DNA from: Octopus bimaculoides
Lineage: Eukaryota
Length of the DNA: 49,245 nucleotides
Direction of reading: 5' to 3'
Assembly (NCBI RefSeq): GCF_001194135.2
Contig: NC_068992.1
Coordinates: 28,395,915-28,445,159 of the forward strand
Below, piece by piece: positions 37,576-49,245 of the stretch. A program made the translations under genes and the position numbers. The notes beneath the pieces were generated by a model that did no database searches, was not told where the DNA came from, and saw only the letters and a list, made by a program, of their open reading frames with translations. Each line of letters starts with the position of its first letter. Positions within the stretch are counted from its first letter, which is position 1.

Positions 37576-38265
37576 ATTTCTTTATTGCCAACAGGGGGCT
37601 AAATAAACAGAGGGGACAAACAAAGGGATTAAGTCGATTATATCGACCCCAATGCGTAACTGGTACTGCTTTAATCGACTCCGAAAGGATGAAAAGCAAA
37701 GTCGACCTCGACGGAATTTGAAATCGGAATGTAACGGTAGACGAAATACCGTTAAGCGTTTCGCCTGGCGTGCTAACGATTCTGCCAGCTCGCCGCCTTA
37801 ATTGAGTTTAATTTAAAGACAAGTATTATAAGTCGATGAGCTAGAAGAATGGTTAGCACACTGAGCGAATTACTTTACGGCTTTCCGACCGTCTTTACAG
37901 TCTAATTTCAAAGTCCGTCAAAGTCGATTTTACCTCCCATCCTTTCGGAGTCGATAAAATAATTGCCATTTGAGTACTTGGGTCGATGTAAGCGATTTAT
38001 CCCCTCCAGTGAAATTGCTGGTCTTGTGCGAAAATTTGAAACCAGTATAAAATAGTATTTTAAGTCGATGAGGTAACAGAATCGTTAGCATGCCCCCACC
38101 CTACCCTCCGCAAAAAACAGCATTTCGTCCGTTCTGAGTTCAGATTCCGCTGAAATCAATTTTCTTGGGGTTGATAAAAAAAAAATGTATCCTCTGATAT
38201 CGATGTAATTGACTCACCCGCTTCTCCGAAATTCCAGGCCTTGTGCCAAAACTCGAAACCAATAT
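37576..38265. mobile_element. Three SINE-A copies: 37576-37799 (-, A1), 37830-38045 (+, A3), 38061-38265 (+, A3)
   Basis: Head, core and tail motifs as in the other copies; the first two are head-to-head. Confidence 0.85.
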
Positions 38266-38954
38266 TATAAAGTATCTAAATGAGTTCATTTAAGCTTTAA
38301 TTTTAACGTTTGCTTTTGAAATCAATATTTGTTTTAACCGAAGGTATTTGAAGAAGAGAAACAACGGATGACAGGATTAATCATCAAGTGGTTTCTTGAT
38401 TTATCTTTTCGAGTTTTCAGTTAAAATTCTCTTATTGTCAACATTGACTTCCTTTATAGATAAAAACAAATGCCAGACTTATTCTGTTGCCAATTCTGTA
38501 CATGACTTCCAAGAAAACAACATTCTAAGAATATTATTCCAATGTACTAAATTAATATAAGTCAATGAAGGTCTCTGCACATTCATTCGATCTGCTAGAA
38601 ATATGTGCCAAATGTCACTGCCTTTTCGAAAATGAAAGCCCATTGGTTAATGTAATCCTAGATATCCATGTAAAAGCGAACTGGCCACTGCTGGAACACC
38701 TTTGATAATATGTTTGTTTTCTTATGTTTGAAATGAGTTTAAACAAAATTGCGGCACCAACATTGTGATGAAAGTTTCATATAACAGATTACGGTGTACA
38801 ATGTCCACGAACACGTTTTGATCCTCGAATTTGCAGTAAATATGTTTTATGTGCATCGTGCGCACCAGCATTAGAAGATATCAACATAACTACCGTACAG
38901 CTAATAAAAGGCTTCGTAGTGGGTCTCAGTTAAAACTAGAGTTGAAGCAGTATG

Positions 38955-39277
38955 AAACCGGTACTCCATCGGTTACGACGATAAGGTTTCCAGTTGATCC
39001 GATCAACGAGAAAGCAAGCTGGTGAAATTAATGTGGCATTGGCTGAGCATTCCACAGACACGCGTACGCTTAACGTAATTCTCAGGGAGATTCAACGAGT
39101 CACACAACGTGAAAAGGCCGGTCCTTTGAATTACAGGTACAACACATTTTTTACAGCTGAGCGAACTGGAGCAACATGAAATAAAGTGACTTGCTCAAAG
39201 ACACAACTCGCCGCCGGGAATTGAACTCATGACCTTAAGATTGTGAGTCAAATACCCTAACTGCTAAGTCACGCGCC
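38955..39277 (-). mobile_element. SINE-C copy
   Basis: CCAGTTGATCCGATCAAC..GAAATTAA.GTG..GCTGAGCA.TCCACAGACACG..GGGAGATTCA..TTGAACTCATGACC..CCCTAAC. Confidence 0.8.
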
Positions 39278-39699
39278 AACAGCATAAACATGCTAAGCAG
39301 CATTACCAACCTTGGAAAACTCATAACTTGTCAGTTCTTTCTTGTATAGAACGAGGCACTGCGTCTAGACAAATAAAGCCATTTTTTAAAACAATTACGG
39401 TACGAAAAAGAATTAGAATACACTTAAGATTAATTCGTAGAGAGACAACGAAAGGACTTCGAAACCAGTTTAAAAACAATTTGGTATAATTATAAAAGTT
39501 ACAATGTCTAATTCCTGTTCCTGTAAATATGGTAAATCACAAGCTTAACTGTGCAGGTAAGAACCTTACTTCACAACTAAGTCGTTTCGTGTTCGGAATC
39601 ACTGCGCGGTACTTTAAGTGGCCTTCGATTATTAGCACGACTTCATCAATTCTTTGGGAAATTTGGTTCACAGAAATTGGGAAACAGTAGAAAACAATG

Positions 39700-39791
<92 letters not shown>

Positions 39792-40513
39792 ATGTATATA
39801 TATATATGTATATATATACATATGTGTGTGTGTGTGTGTGTGTGTGTGCGTGCGTATGTGTGTGTTTGTGCTACATTAATGGAATGACTAGGCAACAGAT
39901 ATTACATGCCCAACTTCATTAGTTTACACTTGCTTCTGCTATGTGAAGCAGTGCATATGCATTACTTTATAGCATTGTCGAGGCCTTTAACAAGAAGTGT
40001 GTGTTTATTTCAAATGCTGTTTAAATGCATGTTGCCACCGACACGGTATTTTCCCACGTAATTTCATTAAAGTTATATCACGCACTGTACTGGCCTAATG
40101 CTTTATTTCTCAGCATATGTATATTGAGTTCTAATTCAAATCACTATACATGGATTCAACTAATCCGGTGGTACTCACAAAAATAGCTCCTTAATGTATC
40201 ATTCTACAAAACACATAGAGAATACAGTACGATACAAAGGAAAAACATAAGGAGTGTATAAAATTACAAATGTAGACATATACGTAATAAAGCATAATAA
40301 AATATATTGCTTTTCTATTTATAATTTTACATAAATATATATATGCATATACAATGTATTATTACATGTACATACATATATATATATGAGAGGTATTGGT
40401 ATCTAGAAGACCCAAAGAGTGGCAGGTAACGCTAAGTGCTATGGACAGACCGTAGTTAAACACTTGCTTCGATAGTGATACGAGTGAGTAGTCTAGTGTG
40501 GGTCTTGTATTAG

Positions 40514-40562
<49 letters not shown>

Positions 40563-40658
40563 ACACACACATATATATATATATTAGACAAAATGAGATA
40601 ATAAAGCCAAGGCAGTGAGTAGTTTTCAGGACATTTATAAGGAAAAAATATAGATATA

Positions 40659-40706
40659 GGCTTACAGCTGTTTCTGGGATATTAAGGATATCTCTTCATC
40701 AGAGGG
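40659..40706 (-). ncRNA. Candidate minimal type I hammerhead ribozyme in a Penelope-like terminal fragment
   Basis: Minus: CT CTGATGA A GAGATAT-CCTTA-ATATCCC A GAAA CAGCTG TA AG. Core CUGAUGA...GAAA, stem II 6 of 7 pairs, palindromic stem III ACAGCTGT, GUA cleavage triplet; stem I only 2 bp. Confidence 0.6.
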
Positions 40707-40734
40707 ATATCCATATATATAGATATATATGAAT

Positions 40735-40791
<57 letters not shown>

Positions 40792-41280
40792 GATACACAC
40801 ATACACACACATGTATGTATGTATGAGTATACGAATGTAATACGTTAGTGATAATACACCTTAAGTTCAAATTTCGTGTTCAGTTTATGTCAAGTAATCA
40901 CCAGACCACAAACTCAGCCACTTTCTAGAGTATCTTTCCATACACGCTTTGCTATTTTGTAAAGTTACCGACAGTTTGTGGAAAAATCTATAATGTGAAG
41001 TATTGGAAAATATTATTTAGCTTATTTCCCCTAGATAGTTAAAGCTAGCGAGAGACTTAAAAGCTCTGACTAAGACAGGGATAAAAGTCGATTTAAAACT
41101 GACATGAAAAATGTGATGGAAAGTTAAGATATACAATACCAAAAGAACAGGTATAGGTCATTACAGGATTGAAAAAACTTATAATAATAAGAATTGATTA
41201 CATTAGAACTAGCGGGGAACAAAAGATCTGGCTAAGACAGGGATAAAAAGCGGATTAAAAACTGACATGAAAAATGTAAC

Positions 41281-41608
41281 ATGCTGGAGCACCGCCTTTA
41301 GTCGAACAAATCGACCCCAGGACTTATTCTTTGTAAGCCTAGTACATATTCTATCGGTCACTTTTGTCCAACCCATACGTTTCGTGGACATAAGCACACC
41401 AACATCGGTTGTCAAGCGATGGTGGGTGGGGTGGGGTGGGACAAACAGACACAAAGGCACACGCACACATATATATATATATACACACGACGACCTTCTT
41501 TCAGTTTCCGTCTACCAAATCCACTCACAAGCCTTTGGTCGGCCGCCACGCAGTGGGCCTGAACCCGGAACCATGTGGTTGAGAATCCAGCTTCTTACCA
41601 CATAGCCA
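41281..41608 (-). mobile_element. SINE-B copy
   Basis: ATGCTGGAGCACCGCCTTTAGTCGA..CTTCTTTCAGTTTCCGTCTACCAAATCCACTCACAAG..GAACCCGGAACCATGTGG. Confidence 0.88.
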
Positions 41609-42373
41609 TGCTGCTTCAGAAAAGCGTGGATAGGAATCTAGCAGAAACATAGTTACCTTAGTTTGCTCACATGATCGGCTGCAACCATTGCTTAGCAAAG
41701 AAACTATACTTTCACTTTTAGCGGGATCCTCAGAAACTAAAGATAAGGCTGTAGCGTAAATATATCCTGATACTTGTAGCCATTGCAAACATTTCTATCA
41801 TTTTCGATTAGATAATACGTTTAAAATCTAAAATAAAAGTTTTCACAGAAAAAGACAAGTTATTAAGACTTAATAAATCTATTTTTTAAAAAAAGTAGTC
41901 AGCAGTTATTTGTATTATTTTTATTGAAGCACCCTTCAACACTGAATTTTGTATAATTATATGTACGCTTATTTTCACACACATGCACGCATACATATAG
42001 ACATAGAATAGCATATTTAAGTATATAAACCTTTATAAACATGTATATGCGCGCAAGCGTGTGTATGTGTGCATAGTTTATGATGTTTACAAACCCTAAA
42101 TAAGAACAGGGTTAATTTAAGGTGAAATGCTCAGTGAACCCCATATGATCAATGAGGGTGTGGAGCTCCTAGTAAATCTTTTTGTTTTTTGAAAGGAGGA
42201 CAGAACACGCATTCTTTGAGTGTAATCAGTAACCCGATCTCCGGAATATGCTTAATATCATATTTCCGGTTCCGTCCAAGGGCCTGAACTTCATGTCTTT
42301 TCGATAATTGCTTGTAGATTATCGCATGGACATATAAATCATAACTGTAAATCTGTAGATAAGTGCACATAAC

Positions 42374-42971
42374 GGATCTTTTTTAAAACGGGGGCCACAT
42401 TTTTCATTAACGAAACACTTTGAAACTTGGAACACTGGTAGAATGTGTCATATAAAACATCTTTTTCTCTTAGTCTTCTTTAAAAAAAAAGAATTCCATA
42501 AAATGTTCCATGTTAAAGTTGTCGTATTTCTGTAATTTCAACCAATCACTGACGTCCATTCAGCCGATATACCTTAAGTGCCGACTACATAAGCAAACGA
42601 TTCTGAAACAATTAACCCTAACCCTAACCCTAACCCTAAACCTAACCCTAACCCTAGGGTTAGGGTTAGGGTTAGGGTTAGGGTTAGGGTTAAAGCAAAT
42701 TTAAAATGAAAAAAGCAAATAAAACGAAGGTATGGAGATTAAATACGCTTTACATCGCTTAATCAGCCAAAGCAGTAAATATAAACAACTGAATACTTGT
42801 CAGTGATTGGTTGAAATTATCGAAATAAGACAATTTTTTACATGAAATAAATTCGAATATAAAAATATTTTTCTGTTCTATAACAGTATACGAAGTCTGA
42901 AGGTCTTTCCGTACCAAAAACACTACGTAAAACATTAATGAAAAATGTGACCCCCGTTTTAAAATAGATCC
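42374..42971. mobile_element. 598-bp non-autonomous TIR element (MITE-like, possibly Merlin) with 8-bp TSD and telomere-repeat core
   Basis: 37-bp TIRs GGATCT(T/A)TTTTAAAACGGGGG(C/T)CACATTTTTCATTAA (35/37 identical; 42374-42410, 42935-42971); TSD CACATAAC at 42366-42373 and 42972-42979; perfect internal 21-bp inverted pair 42533-42553 / 42799-42819. Confidence 0.9.
42613..42692. repeat. Palindromic interstitial telomeric sequence (TAACCC)7-TA-(GGGTTA)6
   Basis: Directly visible; one TAAACC variant; symmetry centre CCCTAGGG at 42655/42656. Confidence 0.97.
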
Positions 42972-43035
42972 CACATAACTGTATCTGTATGTATGTGTGT
43001 ATGTGCGCGCGTGTGTATGTGTGCATGTGTGTATA

Positions 43036-43091
<56 letters not shown>

Positions 43092-43829
43092 GACATAATT
43101 AATACAGACGGAAATAAAAGCTAAAATAACTTCAATAAAAGAATTGGAATGACGTGGGTAGCATCAAAATTGTTGTTGAAACTTCAGGCATTTGATTTCT
43201 GTCTAGAAAACAATTTGGTGTGTGCCTGTGTGTTAGCGTGTTTTATGTGTGATTAAGTAGAAAGTTAGAATTTTAGTTCACTTAGAAACTTAAAGCACTT
43301 CTGATAATCCATTTTTCTTGTTGTGTGACAACTTCATGTCAATCGTAATGAATTTACTGCTTTAATAAATCTATTCTGTTGCTGCCGTTTTATTTAATTA
43401 AATACAAGACATACTTGATGTCGTGTCAGAGACACATTTATTAACATTTCGATTGTATTTACTCCTGCATTGTGCCACTGGCTTAGAGACGCATAACCCC
43501 TCATGGCCTAATTCACATCATGTAAAAAGCTATTAGACAATTGAATAATCTGACCCCCGAAAGCTGCGGCTGCAATACAAAATATTTTAAGCTTCCAGCG
43601 GTGTGTGAAATTCTACCAAAAACAATACTTCTTGTCATCGAATGGTGTCTGTCTAGAAGGATATTTGTCCCTGATCTATTTAATGCAATCGAAACTAGCA
43701 ATAAACACGGACCTATATTCCATGAACGAATTGAAAAATAGTCATACGTAACTTATGTGTGAGCGCCCTATAATGAGGATAAGCTTCCAAAAAGTGAATT
43801 TGGGGAATTACAAATCTAATAGTTCCATG

Positions 43830-44099
43830 AAGGTTCGGTAAAAGAGACAATAAAATAACACTGGGGTCGATTTATTCGACTAAATCTTTCAAGGAACTGT
43901 ACCAGCATGGCCACAATCCGATGACTAAAACAAGTAAAAGCAATTCAAGAAAAGGTAAAAGGAGACATATTAAAAGCATGAAATTTAACATAAACTCTCT
44001 GTATAGCATTGCTTGTTTTAATTTCAAAGAGAAAAATAACAAGGTGCCTTGTCTTTCAAAAATTTGTTAGGAATTTCTTTGGACATATTAGATTTTCTT

Positions 44100-44136
<37 letters not shown>

Positions 44137-44167
44137 GTGTGTGTGTATATATATATGTATACATATA

Positions 44168-44204
<37 letters not shown>

Positions 44205-44925
44205 NNNNNNNNNNNNNNNNNNNNNNNNNNNNNNNNNNNNNNNNNNNNNNNNNNNNNNNNNNNNNNNNNNNNNNNNNNNNNNNNNNNNNNNNNNNNNNNN
44301 NNNNNNNNNNNNNNNNNNNNNNNNNNNNNNNNNNNNNNNNNNNNNNNNNNNNNNNNNNNNNNNNNNNNNNNNNNNNNNNNNNNNNNNNNNNNNNNNNNNN
44401 NNNNNNNNNNNNNNNNNNNNNNNNNNNNNNNNNNNNNNNNNNNNNNNNNNNNNNNNNNNNNNNNNNNNNNNNNNNNNNNNNNNNNNNNNNNNNNNNNNNN
44501 NNNNNNNNNNNNNNNNNNNNNNNNNNNNNNNNNNNNNNNNNNNNNNNNNNNNNNNNNNNNNNNNNNNNNNNNNNNNNNNNNNNNNNNNNNNNNNNNNNNN
44601 NNNNNNNNNNNNNNNNNNNNNNNNNNNNNNNNNNNNNNNNNNNNNNNNNNNNNNNNNNNNNNNNNNNNNNNNNNNNNNNNNNNNNNNNNNNNNNNNNNNN
44701 NNNNNNNNNNNNNNNNNNNNNNNNNNNNNNNNNNNNNNNNNNNNNNNNNNNNTATATATAGGCGTAGGAGTGGCTGTGTGGTAAGTAGCTTACTTACCAA
44801 CCACATGGTTCCGGGTTCAGTTCCACTGCGTAGCACCTTGGGCAAGTGTCTTCTACTATAACCTCGGTTCGACTAAAGCCTTGTGAGTGAATTTTGTAGA
44901 GGGAAACTGAAAGAAGCACGTCGTA
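43830..44925 (+). mobile_element. SINE-B fragments either side of a gap (3' part 43830-43940, 5' part 44761-44925)
   Basis: GGTTCGGTAAAAGAGAC..GGGGTCGATTT..CCAGCATGGCC; and GGAGTGGCTGTGTGGTAAGTAGCTT..GGTTCCGGGTTCAGTTCCACTGCG. Confidence 0.8.
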
Positions 44926-45066
44926 TATATGTATATATATATATATATATATCATTATAAATATACAGGGATTAGCAATTGAGTTGCTTCTCCAACATAC
45001 TGAAAATTTAGAAATAGCAGTCAAAGAACTACTGATTCCAAACTACATATATATATATATATATAC

Positions 45067-45608
45067 TACATCGCCGCCACCCGACCTTATTTGTTTCTCA
45101 GATAGTTTGTAAATACTGAGCATCCAACAGAAATATATTCTGCTCTGGTGATTGTTTTCTGTTTACTGTGTTTTGTCTCACGTTGATTCGATGTTTTATG
45201 ACAAGAATGCAAAGCATTAATGTTGATTTCAAATTTTGGCATTAAGCCAGCAGTTTCGGAGGAGGTGATAAATCGATTACATCACTCTCCCCCGCCCGTA
45301 CTGAAACTGGTACTTATTTTATCGTAGTCGGCTTTGCCTTTCAGCCTTTCGGGGTCGATTAAATAAGTACCAGTTGATCACTGGGGTCGATGTAATCGAC
45401 TCACCCCTTTCTCTGAAATTGCTGGTCTTGTACCAAAACTTGAAATTAATATTATTGCTTTGAATTCTCGTCATAAACATCAAACCGACGTGTGGCAAGT
45501 TGCTAAACAGAAAACAATCACTAGAGCAGAATATATTTCTGTTGGACTCTCAGTATTTACAAACTATCTGAGAAACAAATGAGGTAGAGGTCGGCAGGAG
45601 GCGATGTA
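45067..45608. repeat. About 540-bp imperfect palindrome with about 255-bp arms, each containing a SINE-A 3' half
   Basis: 45067-45324 is the reverse complement of 45356-45608, with a 31-nt spacer; ends TACATCGCC...GGCGATGTA. Confidence 0.85.
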
Positions 45609-45753
45609 ATATTTTATAACTAATAAAAGATTTATTACTGCTGGTTGACAAAGGAAAGTGACAGGCACTCTCTAGCGTAATCGTTTACGCTACGGATATT
45701 AATATGTATTTCACGTTTCGTTAGGTTTCCTGTTCTTTTCTTCTCAATTAGTC

Positions 45754-45796
<43 letters not shown>

Positions 45797-45890
45797 GAGT
45801 GTGTATATGTACATGCATATGCAATATATTTATATTCAAATTACAATGAGAGTAAACAAAGTTTGCTTTGGAAGCATTGAGATGTATTGA

Positions 45891-46216
45891 AAGATAAGGA
45901 AATAATTTTATTCTCAAACGCAGGATAATGTTAATGATATAGCATGAACAGGATAAAAACTACCCATATTTTGAATTTAACGTACGATAGCGTTTTATAA
46001 AGCGAGATTTATATATCCTAAATTTGCTGAAGAATTTGTTGTTGGGTCAGTGTAGTTTAAAGGTAAAGCACTGCAACACGTAATCACAGGGATGTGAGTT
46101 CGAGTCTCATGGCTGGTCGCCGGCACATTTTCCTGCAAAATATGGGTAGTTTATCCTGTTCATGCTATATTATTAGCATTATCCTGCGTTTGAGAATAAA
46201 ATTATTTCCTTATCTT
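45891..46216. mobile_element. MITE-like element with about 80-bp near-identical inverted arms; a third arm copy lies at 23583-23668
   Basis: AAGATAAGGAAATAATTTTATTCTCAAACGCAGGATAATG.TAAT.ATATAGCATGAACAGGATAAA..CTACCCATATTTTG (45891-45973) is inverted at 46138-46216. No TSD recognised. Confidence 0.75.
46046..46118 (+). tRNA. tRNA-like pseudogene or SINE head (possible Thr-CGT origin) inside the inverted-repeat element
   Basis: T-arm GTGAG-TTCGAGT-CTCAT; D-arm GTTT-AAAGGTA-AAGC after T8-A9; acceptor GTCAGTG/GGCTGGT with wobbles; anticodon arm CTGCAA-CACGTAA-TCACAG has two mismatches, so probably non-functional. Confidence 0.5.
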
Positions 46217-46399
46217 ATATACATATATATGTATTTATATATCTATGTATACATATATATATGTATATAAATTTACTTAGAAATGGATGCGTTTCATTCA
46301 ATTAAATAATAATAATTCACCGTTTTTTTGTTTGCTTTTTTTGTTTTTGTTGCCGTACACATTCGCTAGCTTTCTTACAAAGGGGTCTTATGCTTTTAG

Positions 46400-46687
46400 C
46401 TTAAACTTTTTTGTGGGGCAACCAGATCGAACCATCTCAAGTGTAACTGCCCGAAATGGTCGTGACATCTAGGACTTGACTGATGAAAGAAAGCCAAGAA
46501 CGACCCGACTTTTTTTTTACATGTTCTTCTAACTGCTGTTTCTCTTGTCCGTCTTTGTATCGTCTATCTGTCCGAACGTTTTAATACTTTCCATTGCGTT
46601 TTTGTTCCATATATATATATATATATATATTTTTATATATGGGTACAGGACGTCGCCAATAGTAAACAGCATGAAATACAAAAACAA

Positions 46688-46739
<52 letters not shown>

Positions 46740-46885
46740 CATATCGAGAAATAGAGAGAGTTCCTCAAACCAAGACTACACCCGAGAGACGTTATGATCT
46801 GTGGTTGGCGTGATATGAAGGTTGAATTCACAACACACACACCTCGTGTTTGTCTGTTCGATCTTGTTTATATACTTCGAGCTGC
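46400..46885 (+). pseudogene. Fragmentary mariner transposase remnant
   Basis: TISSVTAR..RNG..DLTDE (HTH region, about 46430-46500); KPRLHPRDVMICGWRDMK (46767-46820); (V)IYFELL (about 46865-46885). Interrupted by microsatellites. Confidence 0.45.
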
Positions 46886-47319
46886 TTCTAATTCATATTT
46901 GAACTCTTTCGTTGGCATGAAGCGTTGAGACATGCCAGCACATGGTTCTTAAACCATTTAGCGTATAGTCATTGCTGGCGAGATAGTTTTCAGCAAGCAG
47001 CCCCTTCGATATGCGACATTGGTAAAACAATGACAAAATATCGATGTCCGTTGCTCCGAAAAAAAAAAAAAAGAGAACTGGATTTGATGTGAGTTGTCTC
47101 ATTTGTCTATGACTTACTTTCAGGTGTTTTACACCAGGGGCGTTGAGAATATATTTAAATTATTGCTACCGCATGACGAACTAACAACACATACACGCAC
47201 AGACCTCGTGTATGTGTGTTTGATTTTGTTATATAATATGATATAAAGTCAGAGGTGAATAAAGATAGCCGCACGATTCTTTGAATCCATATCTAATACT
47301 ACTCTTTTATATCACCATC

Positions 47320-47612
47320 ATCATCGTCGTCATTATCATCATCGTCATCGTCGTCGTCATCGTCATCATCATCATCATCATCATCATCGTCATCATCATC
47401 ATCGTCGTCGTCGTCGTCGTCGTCGTCGTCATTTAACGTCCGCTTTCCAAGCTGGTATGGGTTGGACGATTTGATAGGAGTTAGTAAAGCCTGAAGCCGC
47501 ACCACTCGCCGTTGTCTTGTTTGGGCATGGTTTCTACGGCTGGATACCCTCCTACCGCCAACGACTTTACAGAGAGTGCAGGGTGCTCTTTAACGTGGCA
47601 CCAACACCGGTG
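47320..47612 (-). mobile_element. SINE-D or RTE-type 3' end with (GAC/GAT)n tail
   Basis: Plus-strand CATCAT..CATTTAACGTCCGCTTTCCA.GCTGG.ATGGGTTGGACG..CTACGGCTGGATACCCTCCTACCGCCAAC resembles RTE-associated 3' ends; explains the poly-D ORF. Confidence 0.65.
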
Positions 47613-47661
47613 CTTATGTCTGTATGTATGTATGTATGTATGTATGTATGTATATATTTAT

Positions 47662-47710
<49 letters not shown>

Positions 47711-48269
47711 NNNNNNNNNNNNNNNNNNNNNNNNNNNNNNNNNNNNNNNNNNNNNNNNNNNNNNNNNNNNNNNNNNNNNNNNNNNNNNNNNNNNNNNNNN
47801 NNNNNNNNNNNNNNNNNNNNNNNNNNNNNNNNNNNNNNNNNNNNNNNNNNNNNNNNNNNNNNNNNNNNNNNNNNNNNNNNNNNNNNNNNNNNNNNNNNNN
47901 NNNNNNNNNNNNNNNNNNNNNNNNNNNNNNNNNNNNNNNNNNNNNNNNNNNNNNNNNNNNNNNNNNNNNNNNNNNNNNNNNNNNNNNNNNNNNNNNNNNN
48001 NNNNNNNNNNNNNNNNNNNNNNNNNNNNNNNNNNNNNNNNNNNNNNNNNNNNNNNNNNNNNNNNNNNNNNNNNNNNNNNNNNNNNNNNNNNNNNNNNNNN
48101 NNNNNNNNNNNNNNNNNNNNNNNNNNNNNNNNNNNNNNNNNNNNNNNNNNNNNNNNNNNNNNNNNNNNNNNNNNNNNNNNNNNNNNNNNNNNNNNNNNNN
48201 NNNNNNNNNNNNNNNNNNNNNNNNNNNNNNNNNNNNNNNNNNNNNNNNNNNNNNNNNNNNNNNNNNNNA

Positions 48270-48333
48270 CACACAAACACACACACAAACACACACAAAA
48301 CACACACAAACACACACACAAACTCACACAAAG

Positions 48334-48366
<33 letters not shown>

Positions 48367-49245
48367 ACACACACACAAACACACACAGAATGGAGAAATG
48401 TAGGAATTTAAGCGGGACTAGAAAGCAGGCAACATTCATTAGAGAAGTTATATAAAAAGACTTAAATTGGATAAGGAGGATAAAATAAATGCCGTTTGAT
48501 TCTTGTAGAGTGTAATGAAACTAAAAACAAAACAAACACAGAAACAGCAAAATTGGTCGAACTAAACGAAGTAATACCATTTCAAATGTATGAGGGGACG
48601 TAAAAAGGAAATGAAAGATTCAATCAAATCAGAACGGTAGCAATAATTTAAAGTGAAGTAATAATATAAAACTTAGGATGTCTTTAGCAGAGGCCATGCG
48701 TATATATATATATAGCCTATAACACAATCGATAGAAAGCCATGTAAAACAATGAACGCTATAAAAAGATCTTATAAGTATCAAATGCGATGGTCAGAAGG
48801 AATCAATAGATTTAGATAAGAACAAGAACACATTAAACATTTCTAAAATAATAATGATGATGATGATGATGATGATGATGATAATAATAATGATGGAGTG
48901 GCTGTGTNNNNNNNNNNCAAACACACACAAACACACACACAAACACACACACAAACACACACACACAAGCACACAAATACACACACACACAAATACACAC
49001 AAACACACACAAACACACGCAAACACACAGATACGAACATACACAAACACACAAACACACATAAACACACACAAACACACACAAACACACACGCAAACAC
49101 ACACACACAAACAGATACGAACATACACAAACACACACACGCACAAACACACACACAAACACACACACAAACACACACACACACAAAGACACACACAAAC
49201 ACACACAAACACACACACAAACACACACACAAACACACACACACA
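48270..49245. repeat. Degenerate (CA)n / (CACACAAA)n repeats
   Basis: Directly visible at 48270-48390 and 48918-49245. Confidence 0.9.

Noticed and set aside
42613-42692. Telomere-telomere chromosome fusion scar
   Set aside because: The polarity is opposite to an end-to-end fusion, the array is short, and it sits inside a TSD-bounded TIR element.
46478-46492. CTGATGA..GAAA hammerhead-like words
   Set aside because: No room for stem II and no stem III; it lies in the mariner remnant.

Overview
AT-rich, microsatellite-saturated eukaryotic DNA with 12 assembly gaps, most bordered by simple repeats. The SINE families look, from memory, like those of octopus (coleoid cephalopod); this assignment is an inference. 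I find no intact host gene, and nearly all ORFs in the supplied track are microsatellite or N-run artefacts. Recognisable coding sequence is all decayed transposable element: two R4/Dong-type RLE retrotransposons in TAA repeats, three L1-Tx1 fragments, an RTE 3' end, Penelope-like remnants, two Helitron remnants and two mariner-type remnants. About 35 tRNA-derived SINE copies from four families are also present. The most interesting signals: (1) a retroelement community built around AAT/ATT microsatellites, with a SINE tail matching the Tx1 LINE 3' end and SINE-SINE fusions recurring at one site; (2) a 598-bp TIR element with an 8-bp TSD and a palindromic telomere-repeat core; (3) hammerhead-ribozyme-like motifs in Penelope-type ends; (4) several foldback structures, one enclosing a tRNA-like cloverleaf; (5) an internally deleted mini-Helitron with an intact 3' terminus. 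All alignments were done by eye.
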